From: the human T2T-CHM13v2.0 reference genome, Homo sapiens
Direction: 5' to 3' (one strand)
Length of the DNA: 64,000 nt
NCBI RefSeq assembly: GCF_009914755.1
Contig: NC_060925.1
The position numbers and the translations under genes are program-made. Under the pieces are notes generated by a model. It worked only from the letters and a program-made list of their open reading frames with translations, was not told the origin of the DNA and did no database searches. Numbering within the stretch: position 1 is the first letter of the stretch; each line of letters begins with the position of its first letter. This document shows, piece by piece, positions 13,469 to 28,879 of the stretch.

Positions 13469-13883
13469 GCTCAATCTCCACCAGCATACATGTCATACAC
13501 ATGCACCTGTACCCCCGAATCTAAAATAAAATTAAATTTAAAAAATTCAAATAAATTTGTGAAAAATGCGACTTTTTAGTAATTCTATTACTGGATTTAA
13601 AAAAGTTATGATCATAATGCCATGTAACATATACAATTATACTTTAATAACCTTTCTTAAAGTTTAACTAGGTCAATAGTCTTGAAAATAAGTAGAATAG
13701 AATATGTGTTTGAAGAATAATTATCCCTGGTGTCTGGATGCAATCTCAAGCCAGTAGAATTAGTCTGACATGTCTAAATATGATTCCGAGCTCCTCATGC
13801 TGTCACTATTACAAGAATAGTTGCTCTAACATCTTAAAATATTAGCTGTTATTTTCTTCATTATTTTACTTTGTAAAATATAG

Positions 13884-14226
<343 letters not shown>

Positions 14227-14386
14227 TAATATGAAAGTGTTATGGGGAATGTCTAGGGATTATTTTTGCTATCTCATAAATGCATATTTTCTTCCTGGAT
14301 AAAACATAAGGTAAAATTATCAACAGTACATTTTTGTATCAGCTCAAGATAAGATTTCTTTAGGTTTTGCCTTCCTCACAAATATC

Positions 14387-14913
14387 TGTAAGTAAAAACA
14401 AGGACTTGACCAAGAAGGCCTTAATATTCTCCTTAGCTTGACTAAAATTCCGACAATTTTCTTCTTTACTTTTTTCTTACAGCACATACTTTAGGAAACC
14501 AACAATTTAAGTTATTTCTGTGATCTTCTGAGATGTAAATCATCTATAACCAAGACAGTCTTTCTCAAGGACTTCGGAGTCATTTCTTTGATTCCCAAGT
14601 CATTAGGAAAGACAGCGCCCCTACCCTCTACATTTCTGTGGGAGGGTAGGAGTCTCACTTCCATAAGTGACAATTTGCAAACTCAGATGGTCTAATCACA
14701 TTGATTAACCTCTTCATTTACATCCTGCAGTGCTTTTTCATTAACTCAATCCAGTGTACAAAAATCCTCCTGCTTCAAAATCTCCTCAAATCTGAAAACT
14801 TCTGTTTCAGCAGAGTCGAGTTCAATCTCTCTCATCTTGCAATAATCTTGACCCCTTATTGTAATAGCCTTAAATAATTTCTTGCCTGTTTTACTGTGCC
14901 TTTTTTCCTTGAA
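14387..14913 (+). mobile_element. MER67-like ERV1 solo LTR
   Basis: AGCTTGACTAAA, GAGATGTAAATCATCT, TCTTTCTCAAGGAC, CTGTGGGAGGGTAGGAG, CAGATGGTCTAATCACATTGA motifs. Confidence 0.75.
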
Positions 14914-16431
14914 AGATGTGTGACTCTTTTATTTTAAAAATAATTTTAAAAAGGAAGAAATTTTACTATCAAAATCTGTAATAGTAGATAGTTGATGCTA
15001 TTTGTGGTTAGCAAGTTTCAGTTAGAAGTTTAGAGTATTACTTATTTAACAAAGTGCTGGTCTCCCAGTTGGCTTTATATTGATATTTTTACATAATTTA
15101 TGCAAACTATTTTTTAAAAATCACCAAATTTTAAAGAAAGCACAACTTCTTAAATTTCGTATAAGAAGAATTTTAGAAAACCAGCATGTCATTAGGTCAA
15201 AAACTCCTATCAATCTTTTTGGCAAATTGGATTAATGTTAAAAATACAGTTGATTCTCCACTATTAAAATAAACAATAAGACATTTACAAATTTATTTTA
15301 ATCACATATTAATTTCAAGTCCTTTTAACTAACATTTGTCGAGTATACTCCTCCTTTCCTCAGCTAACACCTACAGGTTCATTATTAGATGAATAGACTC
15401 ATCAATAATCTAATCAAATGAATCACTCGTGAACCATCATTATCACTTCACAAATGTTTTAAGCTTTATGGGTAATTACATCATAAGCTTTATAAGCCAC
15501 TCAACTAATCGTATTAATGTATTAGAATATTTCTGACTCAAATACTATTTTTATGAAAGAAGTTTTATCATTATTCTAAAAAAATGATTAATCTCACCTG
15601 GTATGCCATTTCAGAAATAGTGAAAATTATTTAATAAAAATGTTTGTCTTGAAACACCTGTAATTCTTTCCCCATTAGTACAATCTTCTCTTAGAAAAGT
15701 ATTTCACCCTTAATATAAATATTAATAATACCCTTCTTCCTTTCCTTTCTCAGGCACTATTAACAAATAAAAATATTTACATTTTAATTATTTGAAAATA
15801 AAACAAATTATTTTGCATGACATAAATAAATGCCACTGTAATAAAATAAAAATACAATGAAAATCTGGCAAAATACTTGAAATACTTTCAAAATAAATAA
15901 ATGTGATAATAAAGAAAATAGAATTAACAGGCACTAAATAAGGGAGTACAAGTGTATGTTAAGATGAATATAAATTAAATGTTTATGAGATAAATACATT
16001 ATATGAACAAAAATTTTAAAGCTTAATAACAAACAGTGATGGTAGAGATGTGGAGAAAGAAGCACACATTGTTGATGGGAGTACAATTAACACACTGCTT
16101 TGGCACATAATCTGACTATATAAAAATTTAAAATATACATATTAGGTTCTAGTTTTACTAGAAACATCATAGCAGTATAGTTCTCTCTCTCTCTGTCTCT
16201 CTCTTTCTGTCTTGTCTGTGGAGAATATAGTTGATTTATACAGAGCCCTGTAAACTCTATATTTATTTCTGGGGAAATTTGTCTTTAACTATTGGCCAAA
16301 ATAAGGAGATTTTGATGTGTGGTTCAAAGTCCAAAAATCTGATAATCCCCAGGATCAGTTGATTCCCTGATGGTTTTCACTGACCTAACCAATTACATAG
16401 ACTGGCTTAATTATATAAAAAGAAAGATATT

Positions 16432-16620
16432 AAAAGAAGAAGAAAACAGAAAGGAAAACAAAAAGGAAGGAGTAGCCATTGGAAGAAAGGAAGGAAATAA
16501 GAAAAAAGGAAGAAAGAGAGGGAGGAAGGGAGAGAGGGAAGGAGAGAAGAGAGAATAAAGAAAGGAAGGAAAGAAGAAAGAAGGGAGGGAAGCAGGAAAA
16601 AGAAAAAAAGAGAAAAAAGT
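16432..16620. repeat. Purine-rich (GA) low-complexity tract
   Basis: About 185 bp almost entirely A/G on the + strand. Confidence 0.9.
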
Positions 16621-17347
16621 AAACTTGTATCCATATTTCACAACATAAACCAGAAAAAACCCCCAAAGTGATGAGTGATTTTAAATGTAAATCACACAAA
16701 TATTAAAATAATATGTAGGTGAATTTGTTCACTATCTTAGCTTGAAATTTTCACTTAAATATAATGTAAATACGACTCAAAATCCAGAAAGTGTAAAAGA
16801 AAAAGGACAAAACTATGTAAAAAATAAGTACTTCTACATAAAACTCATAACAAAATCTAAGTAAAAGACAAACTGTAGCAAAATGCAGAAATATCATAGA
16901 CAATAAAATTATTCTTATATTTCAAAACTTCTAAGAAGAGGGGAGACGTGATTTAGCAGAAAAAAATGTAAACAAATATAAAAATAGTTCTCAAAAAGTG
17001 AAAGATCAATTGCTTTTATGTATATGAAAAGATAAATCCAGTCATAATAAGAAAAATTCAAATAATAACTACTCAGATAGATTTTCTCCATTTCTCTCTG
17101 TTGGCAAAAACTCAAAACATTGAAATTTACTTACTCTTCGACTTATCTGTGGTGTAACAGACCTTTTTCATTTCATTATATAATCATAAAAAACACTTCA
17201 GTAATATCTTAAGTAATATTACCTAATATTTTGTCTTACCACATTTTATCTCAGGCTGTAGATGTTAGATAATATGCAATTTCTCCTAACTAGATATTAC
17301 CTTCTTCGAAGACAGGAAAATTCTCAAGACACATATTGTTCCTTGAT

Positions 17348-17802
17348 TTTTTATTATTCTTATTATACTTTAAGTTCTGGGATACATGTAGAGAATGTGC
17401 AGGTTTGTTACATAGGTATACAGTTGTCATGGTGGTTTGCTGCACCCATCAACCCGTCATCTATATTAGGTATTTCTCCTAATGCTATACCTCCCCTAAC
17501 AGGCCCTGGTGTGTGATGTTCCCCTCCCTGTGTCCATGTCTTCTCATTGTTCAACTCCCACTTACGAGTGAGAACATGTGGTGTTTGGTTTTCTGTTCTT
17601 GTGTTAGTTTGCTGAGAATGATAGTTTCCAGCTTCATCCACGTCCCTGCAAAAACATGAACTCATCTTTTTATGGCTGCATAGTATTTCATGTTGTATAT
17701 GTGCCACATTTTCTTTAACCAGTCTATCATTGATGGGCATTTGGGTTGGTTCCAAGTCTTTGCTATTGCGAACAGTTCTGCAAGAAACACACTTGCATGT
17801 GT
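17348..17802 (-). mobile_element. 5'-truncated L1PA7-like 3' end
   Basis: TTATACTTTAAGTTCTGGGATACATG...GCACCCATCAACCCGTCATCTA..TTAGGTATTTCTCCTAATGCTAT. Confidence 0.93.
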
Positions 17803-20582
17803 AAACATAATTTACTGTAACTAGAAATCAGTTCATGAAATTCCTTCACTCTCAAGTTTCAATTAGTTTTTTCAACCTAAAGTTGCTATTTTCTATAACT
17901 GTGAAAAATTCAGAATGTTACTGATTGGGGCACCTATAAAAAATGTAAAAACAATCACAATAAAGATAATTTGATTACAAGAAAAATTTGTTTCTGTGTT
18001 AGTGGAAGAGTTGGAAGTATCAGGGTTCTAATGCATAATTATGAAGCAAAAAGGCCAATAAAGAGTTTGCATGTGTGAAAGGATGAATTTCTGTGCAAAA
18101 GCACAAAGAAAATTATATTTGGCCAAAGAATAAATATATAATGTTGTGGAGTTTAGTACAAAGAAAATTTTTGCCCATTAAAAATGTTCGAAATCTAATC
18201 CCAAGCACAAAAATTTATAAACTTGTGATCAGACTCTGACTTTGTTTCTTCTGTTTTAAAGAATATATATTAAATATTAATACCTAACTTGCATGACTGA
18301 CAGCAATAAACTTTAATTTCGTCAGGTGTAACAACGTGATTTCCAAATTTCTTTACCGCTAATGGTAATGTCACCTTGCTATCCAGGCTGATATGGGCAA
18401 GGTGTTTTCACAAAAGAATTACAAAATACACAAAATTTTTTGTTGAAAAAATTATGAACAATTTTTGCATTATATTTATTAAAGTCTTAAAAACTATGCT
18501 TTTATGTATTGACTAATACTATAAGTAACTCTAGATGATGATTATAGTACTGAGCAAAATGACCAGTTCACTACTGTAAGCTCTTAATAATGCAATGTAT
18601 GTGTGCAGATACATAAAAAAGCAGTATCTGGGAATGAGTGTTATTAATTAATGCAGACACAGTTTTGGAAGGTTTTTGTTTGTTTTTTCAATTTTTTAAA
18701 ATCAGTGATTGAATCCCTTTTTGCAAAAGCCATATATTGGACAAATTAAAAGTCTTATCTCTGTTTATACATGTTTTTGTCATTGATGTTTGGCATCTTG
18801 CTAGACAATTTTCTGCTTCTCAGTGGGATTTGATTATTGAGCAGTCAGCCCTGCTTGGTATGTGCTCTGATCAATTGCATGAATGCCTCATCTTTTTCTC
18901 TCCTGGTATGTCATACTTCATTTTGCCTTGATCCAATCCTACTCTCAGCTTCTTCATTACTGGCACTTGTCCTCGTGGATCATTCTCACCTTCTGTTCTG
19001 AAAAAAGTATATTGACAAAAAACCACTAGCCCACAGAAAGGTTTTTTCCTGATATCTTCTAATTCCTGATAACAAATACCCACGTATCATGTTGTCTATT
19101 TGTATTGTGAATATTATAAGGCAAATAGGAAATATCAAATTGATAGATATTAATAAAATAAAATAAAACCATTTTATCCACAGCTTAAAAATTGGAAATA
19201 TTAAAGCTTATTTTAAAAGTTGCTGTAGAAGTCATTTATCAACTCTTAAATGTAACTAAAGGTTTACATAATTTTACAATATTCCTCATAGTTTAGCACT
19301 TTTTCAAAATGTTTTATCTATATATTATTTAATCTAACAAGTTTCCAGGATATGAATTATCTTTATGTCCTTTGCAGGTAAGGGAAAATAAATTACAAAT
19401 AAATATTTACTATTTCTGAAGTGCCAAGTGTACTCCAAAGTAGTTATAATTTATATGAGCTCAAAGATGCTTAGGAGATCTTGTTTGACAAATTAAATTT
19501 CAAAAAGTGATTCACTTTTGTTTTATTTGGAGATTATGCCTGTGGTCTTTTTAATAGCTTGATGATTGAATAAATGTATTCTTTTGTTATAAATATGTTT
19601 GTCTTCATTAATATTAGGCAACTTTATAATTAATAACTCTTCAGAAGCAAAAACATTTTATATGAGCCTATCAGTAAGTTGAGAAATGCTCCTCAGCTAG
19701 GAATGTGGCCATTTTCAAATAGAAATACAGATTCGCCCTTATTCAAGGTTATGGAGGATGATTGTAATATATCGTAAGTATGAACAGAAGTGAGGAAAGA
19801 AAATAAACTGCTTATGTCTTTCTTCTTGAAATAGTGGTTTGGATTTGGTGTAAATCCTTATAAAACTCCCACTTTACTATCCATCCTTACATACACTTTT
19901 TGTTGATATACAGATAGAATTTTTATTTGTTAATTTATATCAAGTGGCATGGAAGAAATATTTCGGGGCTTTGTCATATGACAAAAACTGTTAAAGATCA
20001 CATATGGTTAATTCCAAGAATGTTGGAAGAAGAGAAGGTGGAAGGAGAAGAGAACAAGAAGGAAAAGGGAAGTGCAGCAAAGGAAAGGGGAAATAAACCA
20101 TTCTAAGAAAATAGAAGGGAGATAAGCCTATATTCAAATTCACTAGTGTTATGAAAACAACAACAACAAGAAGCCAAAAACAAATTTGAATTTGTTTAAG
20201 GGGAACTTCATGTCAAGCAAAATACACAAGAGTATTCATTTTTAAATCCATCTTAGATTTTCTGCCAACAGATTTTTGTATGTAGTTATTATCCATTTAG
20301 TCAATATAAATGGCATATAAGAATGTCACAAAACTGATTTTTGTTTTATTTTCCTGACTAGCTTGAAGAGAAAAGGTGCTAAGGATTAACACCAGCTATG
20401 AATCGTGATGTATCAGCTTAATTCTCTAAATTGGAAAATTGCTATGGAATGAAATTACTTCTGTTAAAATGAATACATTTATAGATTCAAGAGAGTTTGG
20501 GGTTGAAGAAATTTTTAATAAAAATAGGACTTTAATATCAAAATGGAAAAAGTTAGAATCTATGTTTCATAATATTCTATTT

Positions 20583-21289
<707 letters not shown>

Positions 21290-21799
21290 ATTTTTAATTA
21301 CAAAGCCCAGAATAAATATTACATCACTAAAAGATAGCGTGGGCTACACATAATCTTTTCACAGAGGCAAGTATATGTGATAAATAAGATTAAATCATCA
21401 ATTCAAGTAAAAGTTTGTTACTAGATAAAAGTATAATTTTTAGTTTTTCTACATATGCCCCAATGATAGATTTTGTCATTTGTTACTTTGTTTTCATTAA
21501 CTGAAATCAAAAGACATATTGGCTGTAAGCATAAACTGTGTATTATTATTGATAAATTAACCAACTAAAGTATTGGTAACCTCTCTATACGGGCGATATA
21601 CTAGAACTCTCATTTTTGATTAACTGAATTAATGCTGATGTGTCTTCGTTAAAGCAAGCATTTAACATCTTGATTTTATAAACATGAATAAAAAAGGACA
21701 AATTATGAAAAGGATAATGTGATTTTTTGAGAAAATAATAATTACAAGAAGAAAATCTACCAACATGATAATAAAATAACTCCTTTCAATATTTTCTGA

Positions 21800-23090
21800 G
21801 ACTCATTAATTCAAAAAGTGCACACTCCAGTGTAATCACACCATGCTGAAGTGTCACCAAGGGAACCCATCCATGCATCCAACAGCATTCAGATGAAGAA
21901 TCAAATATTATCACATTCTAAAAGGTAATTACTCTCACCTGCAAGTGAGTACCTTCCAAGGAAAACTGCTATCCTGAATTCTACCCACACAAATTTATTT
22001 TGCCTATGCTTGAACTTTAAACAGAATAATAAATAATATGTGTGTCTTGTTTTACTCAATATTATGCTATCGAGTTTCATCTATATTTTTGCATGCACTT
22101 TAGTGTGTACAATCTTATTGATGTATAGTATTCTATTATTTAAAAAATATGTAACTGGTTCCTCTATTCTACTCTTAAGAGAGATGTTTGGATAGTTTCC
22201 AGCCATTAACTGTTACAAATAATGCACCTGAAGGCATATGCACACAATTTTTCTAGGAAATTGTTATGTTATAGGGGTACATAGGTTCTACCAATTGACA
22301 CTCCAAACAGAAGTTGAGTATTCAAGTTGCTTAACACATTAACTACCTCTTGATATTTCCTGTGTTGTTAAATTTTAGCCATTGTATTGTGTACGTAATG
22401 ACTATCAATTTGGTTTTAATACACATATTTCCTAATGAGTAATGATGTTAGACATACAGGTTTATTGTCATTCCTTTGTTCTGCTACTTTTGGTTGGGTT
22501 ATTTGCCTTTTCCTATTAATATGTTGGGAATCTTTATATTTGGGGACATGAGTAATATATATGATATATGATATATTATATATACTTTTAATTAACTTTA
22601 TTCAAACTTTGACCTGGGTATTTACTCTTACAAAATGTCTTTAATGAGCAGAAGTCCTTATCATGAATATAGTCCAATTTTCTATGTATTCCTGTATGGT
22701 CATTGCTTTTCAAACTGGATTAAAAAATAATTCCTACTTTAATATTTGGAAGATATTTTCCTATGTTTTATCTTCTAAAGGATATGTTTGTTCTTTCACA
22801 CTTAGATCTGTAACCTACCTGGAATACATTTTTGTGTTTGTTGTGAGGTATGGATCACAATATATGTTTTCCACGTGTTTATTTAAATGAACCAGCAGCA
22901 TTCCTTTAAAAATAACACTTTTTTTCTTCTTACTTTATTGCATTGTCTGATTTGTTGTATATAGGGTACCCATATAATGGGTGACTGTCTAGTTTTACTG
23001 TTATTTTATTTCATTGGTCATTTTTTCTATTCTTGTCTTCATGCATCACTGTCTTATTTATCAGCGGTTCATTACAGGCTTGATATCTGG
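21800..23090 (-). mobile_element. Ancient L1ME-type 3' region
   Basis: Degenerate antisense L1 motifs (ACTGCTATCCTGAATT, TTTCCTAATGAGTAATGATGTT, ACCTGGAATACATTTTTGTG, GTGAGGTATGGATC). Confidence 0.7.
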
Positions 23091-24319
23091 AATTAGATGA
23101 TGGTGATACTAATAATTGTTATAAAAAACAATTTATGTAATTTTACCTTATGCTATTAAGTGGAGAAACTAATTTGTCATCCTAGTAAACATTTTGTTAT
23201 TAAACAGTGACTACCTGACTTTTAATACTTTTTCGTCTTAAAGTCAATTTTGCCCTATCTAATTTTGTTTTCAACACTAACACGAAGAAATAATAGTAAA
23301 AAACTTCAGGGTGAGAAAGCTTTCCAAGTGAAAATAAATCACTGAAAATACAGTGCCCTGGGTCATACTATACAACTGGGTCAAATGTAGGAATGGGTAA
23401 CAATTATCCCAGATCTATCCACTTACACATGACTTATTTATTGATATTATCTTCAGAATAACAGCTAGGGAGTTCCTGCAACATCTCAGATCTGTCTGAG
23501 GAGAGCTCAGTCACAGTTACATTGCTTGCTACCAAAATCATTAACATGCCTTTTGATTCACATCTTTGAGAAATTGCCTGTTTCTAGACTTGGGGCACAG
23601 GGCAAAAGGAAGTATAGATTGTTTCTTATAGCTAGAAAGGACACTTGAAGCCCTGTTCACATCAGACATACTTTAAATTTATACTAAACACCTGTTTAAT
23701 ATGTCAAAACTAGCATATATGTATATCTTATTGTATGTTAAAATATTATGAGTATTTCAATAGTCAATAAATAAGCACATTAATATTAAGTGAAAATATT
23801 TTCTGTGTCACTTTTATAATTAGATAAACGTTGACAATTAAAAAATCAAAAACTTCAAGATATTTCACCTTTCTCATATTAGTCACCAAGTTCTGTTTTA
23901 TACTGCTTGTAAACAAACTGTGTTGTCCTCATTTTTCATTCATACAAGTTGGTTTACTCTAACTTGTGTGTATGTATAACTTGTATGTATAACTCTTACT
24001 AACTTGTAACATTCTCATTTTCACCACACTACATATTGTTGATGTAATTTACTTTACCAACATCCAGAATAAATAAACTCCAAATACACCATATTTATTG
24101 AAGAGCTTTTATTTACAGGAATTGCTTTTCTTTTGTTTGGCAACATCCTTCCTCTTTTCATGCGTATGTAATCATTGGATATACTTTAAAAATCAGTTTA
24201 TGGTTCACTCATAATTCTTGCATTTACCTTCCACATTTCCCAGCAAAACAGCAATTTCAACACAAACCAAGAATCTTTTACCATGGACTCTTAAACTCTT
24301 TTGTCGGTTTGTCGTTTTG

Positions 24320-24496
24320 GATCTAACCCTTGCACTATATTAGATTACTATTAGCAAATAATTTAATTTCTTTATTTCCAACTGTGTATTGGGATGACAA
24401 TATAATCTACATCCTAATGCATTCTGATGACTGAAATAGTGATAATAGGCTTAGGTTACTGTCAGGAACATAACAAGACCCCAATGACTATTGTTA
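24320..24496 (+). mobile_element. MIR fragment
   Basis: Degenerate MIR core and 3' end. Confidence 0.5.
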
Positions 24497-26568
24497 AAAG
24501 TATTATACATTTATGTAGCTTATTAAAATAAGATCTTTTTTTCTCGTCTTGAATATCTGAGATACTGTGAACTCAATGAAGAGTATTGTGACTTGTTCAT
24601 ACCATGTTAGGGGGTCAATCTTCATGTAACCTAAACCTAATGCAATGCCTAGTGCCCAAATTATGTTTACTAATCTTTAAAATAAACTGAACTCTACCTC
24701 AACCTATGGTTTTATCAAAGATTGAGATAATGTATGTATATTTCTTGGTAAACTATAAAGTGCTATGAAAACATATGTCGATATTCCTAAATTGTATATA
24801 ATAAAATTTACCTTTGTAGTTTTCCTCTCCTATCTCTTTTTCTAAAAAGTGATATTTTCTCTTCTTTAGGAAAACTAGATGAGTAAATTCTGTCAAATTT
24901 AAGACAAATTCTGAAAAACTTTAGAAAGAGCTCTCTGGAGAAAATATGCAGAAGCCACCATATGTTCTACTGTTTTTACCTTTCATGATTCATGTGTCCA
25001 GAGATAGTTGTTATAGATATAAACTTCATATGAAACTGGACAATATGTTTATGCTCAGTAAAAAAACATGGCTCACATTAGCAGTTTTTAAGACGCTGAG
25101 GAAATGTTGCCTGAACTTTAATCTCACCAAATGCTTTACATTCACCTGTGATATTATTTAAAAAATAATTTAATATCATAATAAAATTACTCATAAATAT
25201 TTAATGATTTTTAAGTATGCTAATAATATATTGTTTTAAAAAATTCAAACAGATTTCAGGTATTTACATATTACCACTTACAAGGCATTTAATGAACTTT
25301 TATGTACCTAGAAAATTATTTAAATAGAATTTTTAATGAATATATTTGACATACACCAGGGTGATACAGCTAAACTAGCATACACAAAAATAATACTTTT
25401 CCAAACTCTTTAATTTGCTATGCCACTACTGAGAGAGAAAGAATCAGAAATCATAAGCAGGTGGGATTTTACTGCTTATTATATCATGCTCTAGTTTCTT
25501 GCTTTTGGCTACCATTGCCTACCAGATGTGTTTTTATCTTTCTTTTTAATTAAAAAATTAATGTGATCTATATCTTTACTTGGTTTCACACCCAGAAAAC
25601 AATAAGTTTATATACTATTTAAAATCATCATGATAAGAAATACTGTATAGTTAAAAGAAATAGGACTAGGTTAATGAAATATGCAGAAATTAAGTCTCCA
25701 ATAAATATTGGACATAATTTCCATTACTTTTAAAAGATGGGAGTTTTTAAAAGCAAGTAAGCATTTTAAAATTTCAGCTTCTAACATATTTAATGGTTAC
25801 ATATTAATAATGGTCAATAAAATATAGTTAGGTCACTGTATATCAAATTTTTCATTGATAGATGGAACACATTTTCAACATTTAAAACTTTCTCCCTACC
25901 TGTACATAATATGACCCTAAAACATCAAAGCTTACTATGCTACTTCTCTGTTGAGATTCATTTTGTGAAAGAATAATAAAATAGTTTTTCCTCTTTCTCC
26001 TAAATTATGGAATATTAATGAAAAATTAAAAGGATTAAGTCACAGCCCTTAATTGATTTTATTTTTTTTGTTTAGATTAAATGTAGATGACTTGGTTATT
26101 CTTTTATTTTTTATTCATATCTCTATAAGGTAGAAAAGCATATAGTAAATGTAACAGGTGCCAATTATTTAGATCTTATAACTATCCAGAAATAAATGTT
26201 TTTAACCCATAGGTGAGTCAAATTGTATAAGGGACCAGAGCAAAGGGAGGTTGAGGGAAGGGATTGCACCTATAAAACTGTAATAGAAGGATTGGAAAGG
26301 CAATGTTAGATTGTTATTGAGACCTAACAAAAAATAGAACTGAAACTAGAAAAATACAAGAAAAAGCATTGTAGAAAATGGTATAGTTTTTATATTTTTC
26401 ATGAGCAAAAGTTCTCCATATGAAGTGATTAAAAGGAAACAATATATATGGGAGTTCTGGTGGGGGGAATATTTAGAAGAAATTTAAGAATTGGTTAAGG
26501 TCTGAAGTAGTTGGCATAGATAGGAAAAATGGAAGCTGCTAAAATTGTGGTGTGTCTTTAAACTCCTG

Positions 26569-26571
<3 letters not shown>

Positions 26572-26611
<40 letters not shown>
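26572..26611. repeat. (AC)20 microsatellite
   Basis: Perfect dinucleotide run. Confidence 0.97.
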
Positions 26612-26612
<1 letters not shown>

Positions 26613-27368
26613 ACAAGCATTCAACCTTCTCTCCTTTATTGAGTAGAGATAGGAAAGGAGAAAATCCTGGGGTTCAGCCATGGAGACATGCAGGTAGAGG
26701 AAAAAGAACAGATGCATATCTATTTCTCTGCAGTATATGCAATCTTATCAGATTAAATACACAAACACACCCTCACACCCATACTCTCTCTCACACACAC
26801 ACACTTCCAGACAATTAAAAGCATAGTTTTCTTTGCACTGGAGACAACATGCTGTTTTCCAAGTACTCAAAGAGAATAGAAATAAAGTCAAGATAACTTA
26901 TGGCACAATAAATTTTACAGAGCCTACAATCCTGTCTCCTTGTACAGACTCAGTTTCTCCCTCAGCACTTGTCAAGTTCTTCAGATTTAGAAATACTGAT
27001 GCCTAGAACTATCCAACATTTGGAGTGAAATCATGTGCTCAAATAGCGCATCTCATTTATAGGCTTGGTTTACAAAATATTAACATTCTTACAGTATATA
27101 TAATATCTTTTTCTGGGTTAAGCTTTCTATTAAATATTTTGCATTCCACCGGAATCTTATTCTAGCCCTAAGTATAATGAGAGCCAGTGTTTCCTAATAC
27201 AATTGACATTCCCTTGCAAAATACTGCCTCAATATTCTCTTGCAAAGAACTGCCAAAATGAATTCATTACAGACTTTTCAAGCAAGGGCCATCTCATTTC
27301 CCCAAAGGAAGGAAATGGTGTGTAAGAAAGGCTCATGGAATGTTCACAGATTAATTGTAACCTACCAG

Positions 27369-28879
27369 TGATGACAGCAGTGGACTGTCTGGAGTGTCTG
27401 CTGCAAAGATACTGGCTGCAGTAGGAGAGGCACAGCGGGGGTTGCAAGTTCTGCAATGCCGGTAGGAGCCTGGAACAGGCAGGATCCCTTTCCCCGACTG
27501 AGTTGGCAGGGTAGTGGTGCCATGCTCCTGGGGGCAGCTGTAGCCACCCAACTATGGCTCTGGACCCAGGCATCCCTGTATTCTCAGGGGCCTGGGAAGC
27601 TCCTGCCCCTCCAGGCTTGGAATTGCCTGCTTCCTCTGTCTGGCTTCTCCCTGCTCTGGTGTGGAGCAAAGTTGTGGCCAAGCCCAGGTGCTATTGCTAC
27701 CTAGCCAGGTGTGTGCACACTCGAGGAGGTACTGACACACAAGCTCCCTGGCACCTCAGCCCCCTCTGGACTTCAGGCACCAATGAGTGTGGGAGGGAGT
27801 CTGAGGGGAACTGAGGCCAGTTTGGCACAAGCCTGCAGTCACCCCTTGGTACAAATAGCCTGGGTGCCATTGACAGCATGTTGATGGTGGGAGGCAGACA
27901 GGCTCCTGGGCAGAAAGGGGCAAGAACCTGGTGAAATCGCACCTTCAAGCCAGGGACGGCCTGAAGCTAGGGGGCCAGGATGCCAGTTCCAGATGGAGCC
28001 TGTGGCCCAGAGAAAGAACTTGTGGTGCTTTTCCTGGGCCTGCCCATGGCCACCCATGGACCAATTAGCATGCACTTCCTTCTGAGCCCATAAAAACACC
28101 AGGCTCAGCCAGACTCACACAGACATCAGGACTACCAGCTGCAGGAAGGAGTTATCCACTTCAGGTCTCCTAGACTCATCAGGACAACCTGCCTGTGGAA
28201 AGGAGTTACCCACTTCGGGTCTCCTGAGAGTTGTTTTGTCACTCAATGCAGCTCCTCTGTGCCACTCACCCTCCAGTTGTCCACATACCTCATTCTTCCT
28301 GGATGTGGGACAAGAACTTGGGACCACATGAATGGTGAAACTGCAAAAGCTATAACACAAACAAGGCTGAAACACACTCCCCAGTCGCCATGTTGTGGGT
28401 GATGAGAAGGAGAGAAGAGCGGCGGCCCTTCCAGGAGCCCATACCTAGGGGCTCTCCAAGCCAGGGCTGTGACACTCACTTTGGGGCTCTGCAGTTCCTG
28501 GCAGCTCTAAGCTTCCGGACTCCACCATGTTCCCCAGTGCCCACAGTGGGGGTCGCTTGCAGTACTCCTCATCCAGCTGCAGCCTCGCATGGAACTGGCA
28601 ACTGTACCAATGCCTGGAGCTGCCTTCCCTACCACAGCCAGTACACCTGGCTGTGCACAGTGGCCAAACCCCATGCTCGCTCACACACTCCTCACCATTT
28701 TGTGCCACGCTCACCCTTGGCAGGTATGGGATTTGGGCTGGTAGCGTGAGCCGAGCACAGCCTGCTGGGCTGAGTGGGTGCAATGAGGCCAATGGGGGCC
28801 TAAGCAAAACTCCAACAAAGGTGCCACTGACCACAGAGGTTTCTGGTTTGAAAAGCAACACCCTAAGGATCCTGTGACA
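27369..28879 (+). mobile_element. MER52-family ERV1 solo LTR, full length (~1.5 kb)
   Basis: TG...CA termini (TGATGACAGC...GGATCCTGTGACA), GC-rich, internal ~53-bp tandem repeat at 28126-28230, CATAAAAA near 28089; 4-bp flanks CCAG/CTGG. Confidence 0.9.

Noticed and set aside
16370-16699. K/E/R-rich and F/S/L-rich ORFs
   Set aside because: Translations of a purine-rich low-complexity tract.
24815-26221. Splice-like signals (pyrimidine tract plus TTTAG at ~24869; AG/GTGAGT and TGAGTCA at ~26211-26220)
   Set aside because: Isolated motifs are expected by chance in 64 kb, with no paired sites enclosing a credible exon.
28126-28230. ~53-bp direct repeats that might suggest a repeat-spacer array
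   Set aside because: Only two adjacent units without unique spacers. It is an internal LTR tandem repeat, and a related unit is present in the other MER52 copy.
27229-28877. Dense overlapping ORFs on both strands, also at 8219-9162
   Set aside because: This is an effect of stop-codon scarcity in GC-rich MER52 LTRs; no recognisable protein motifs.
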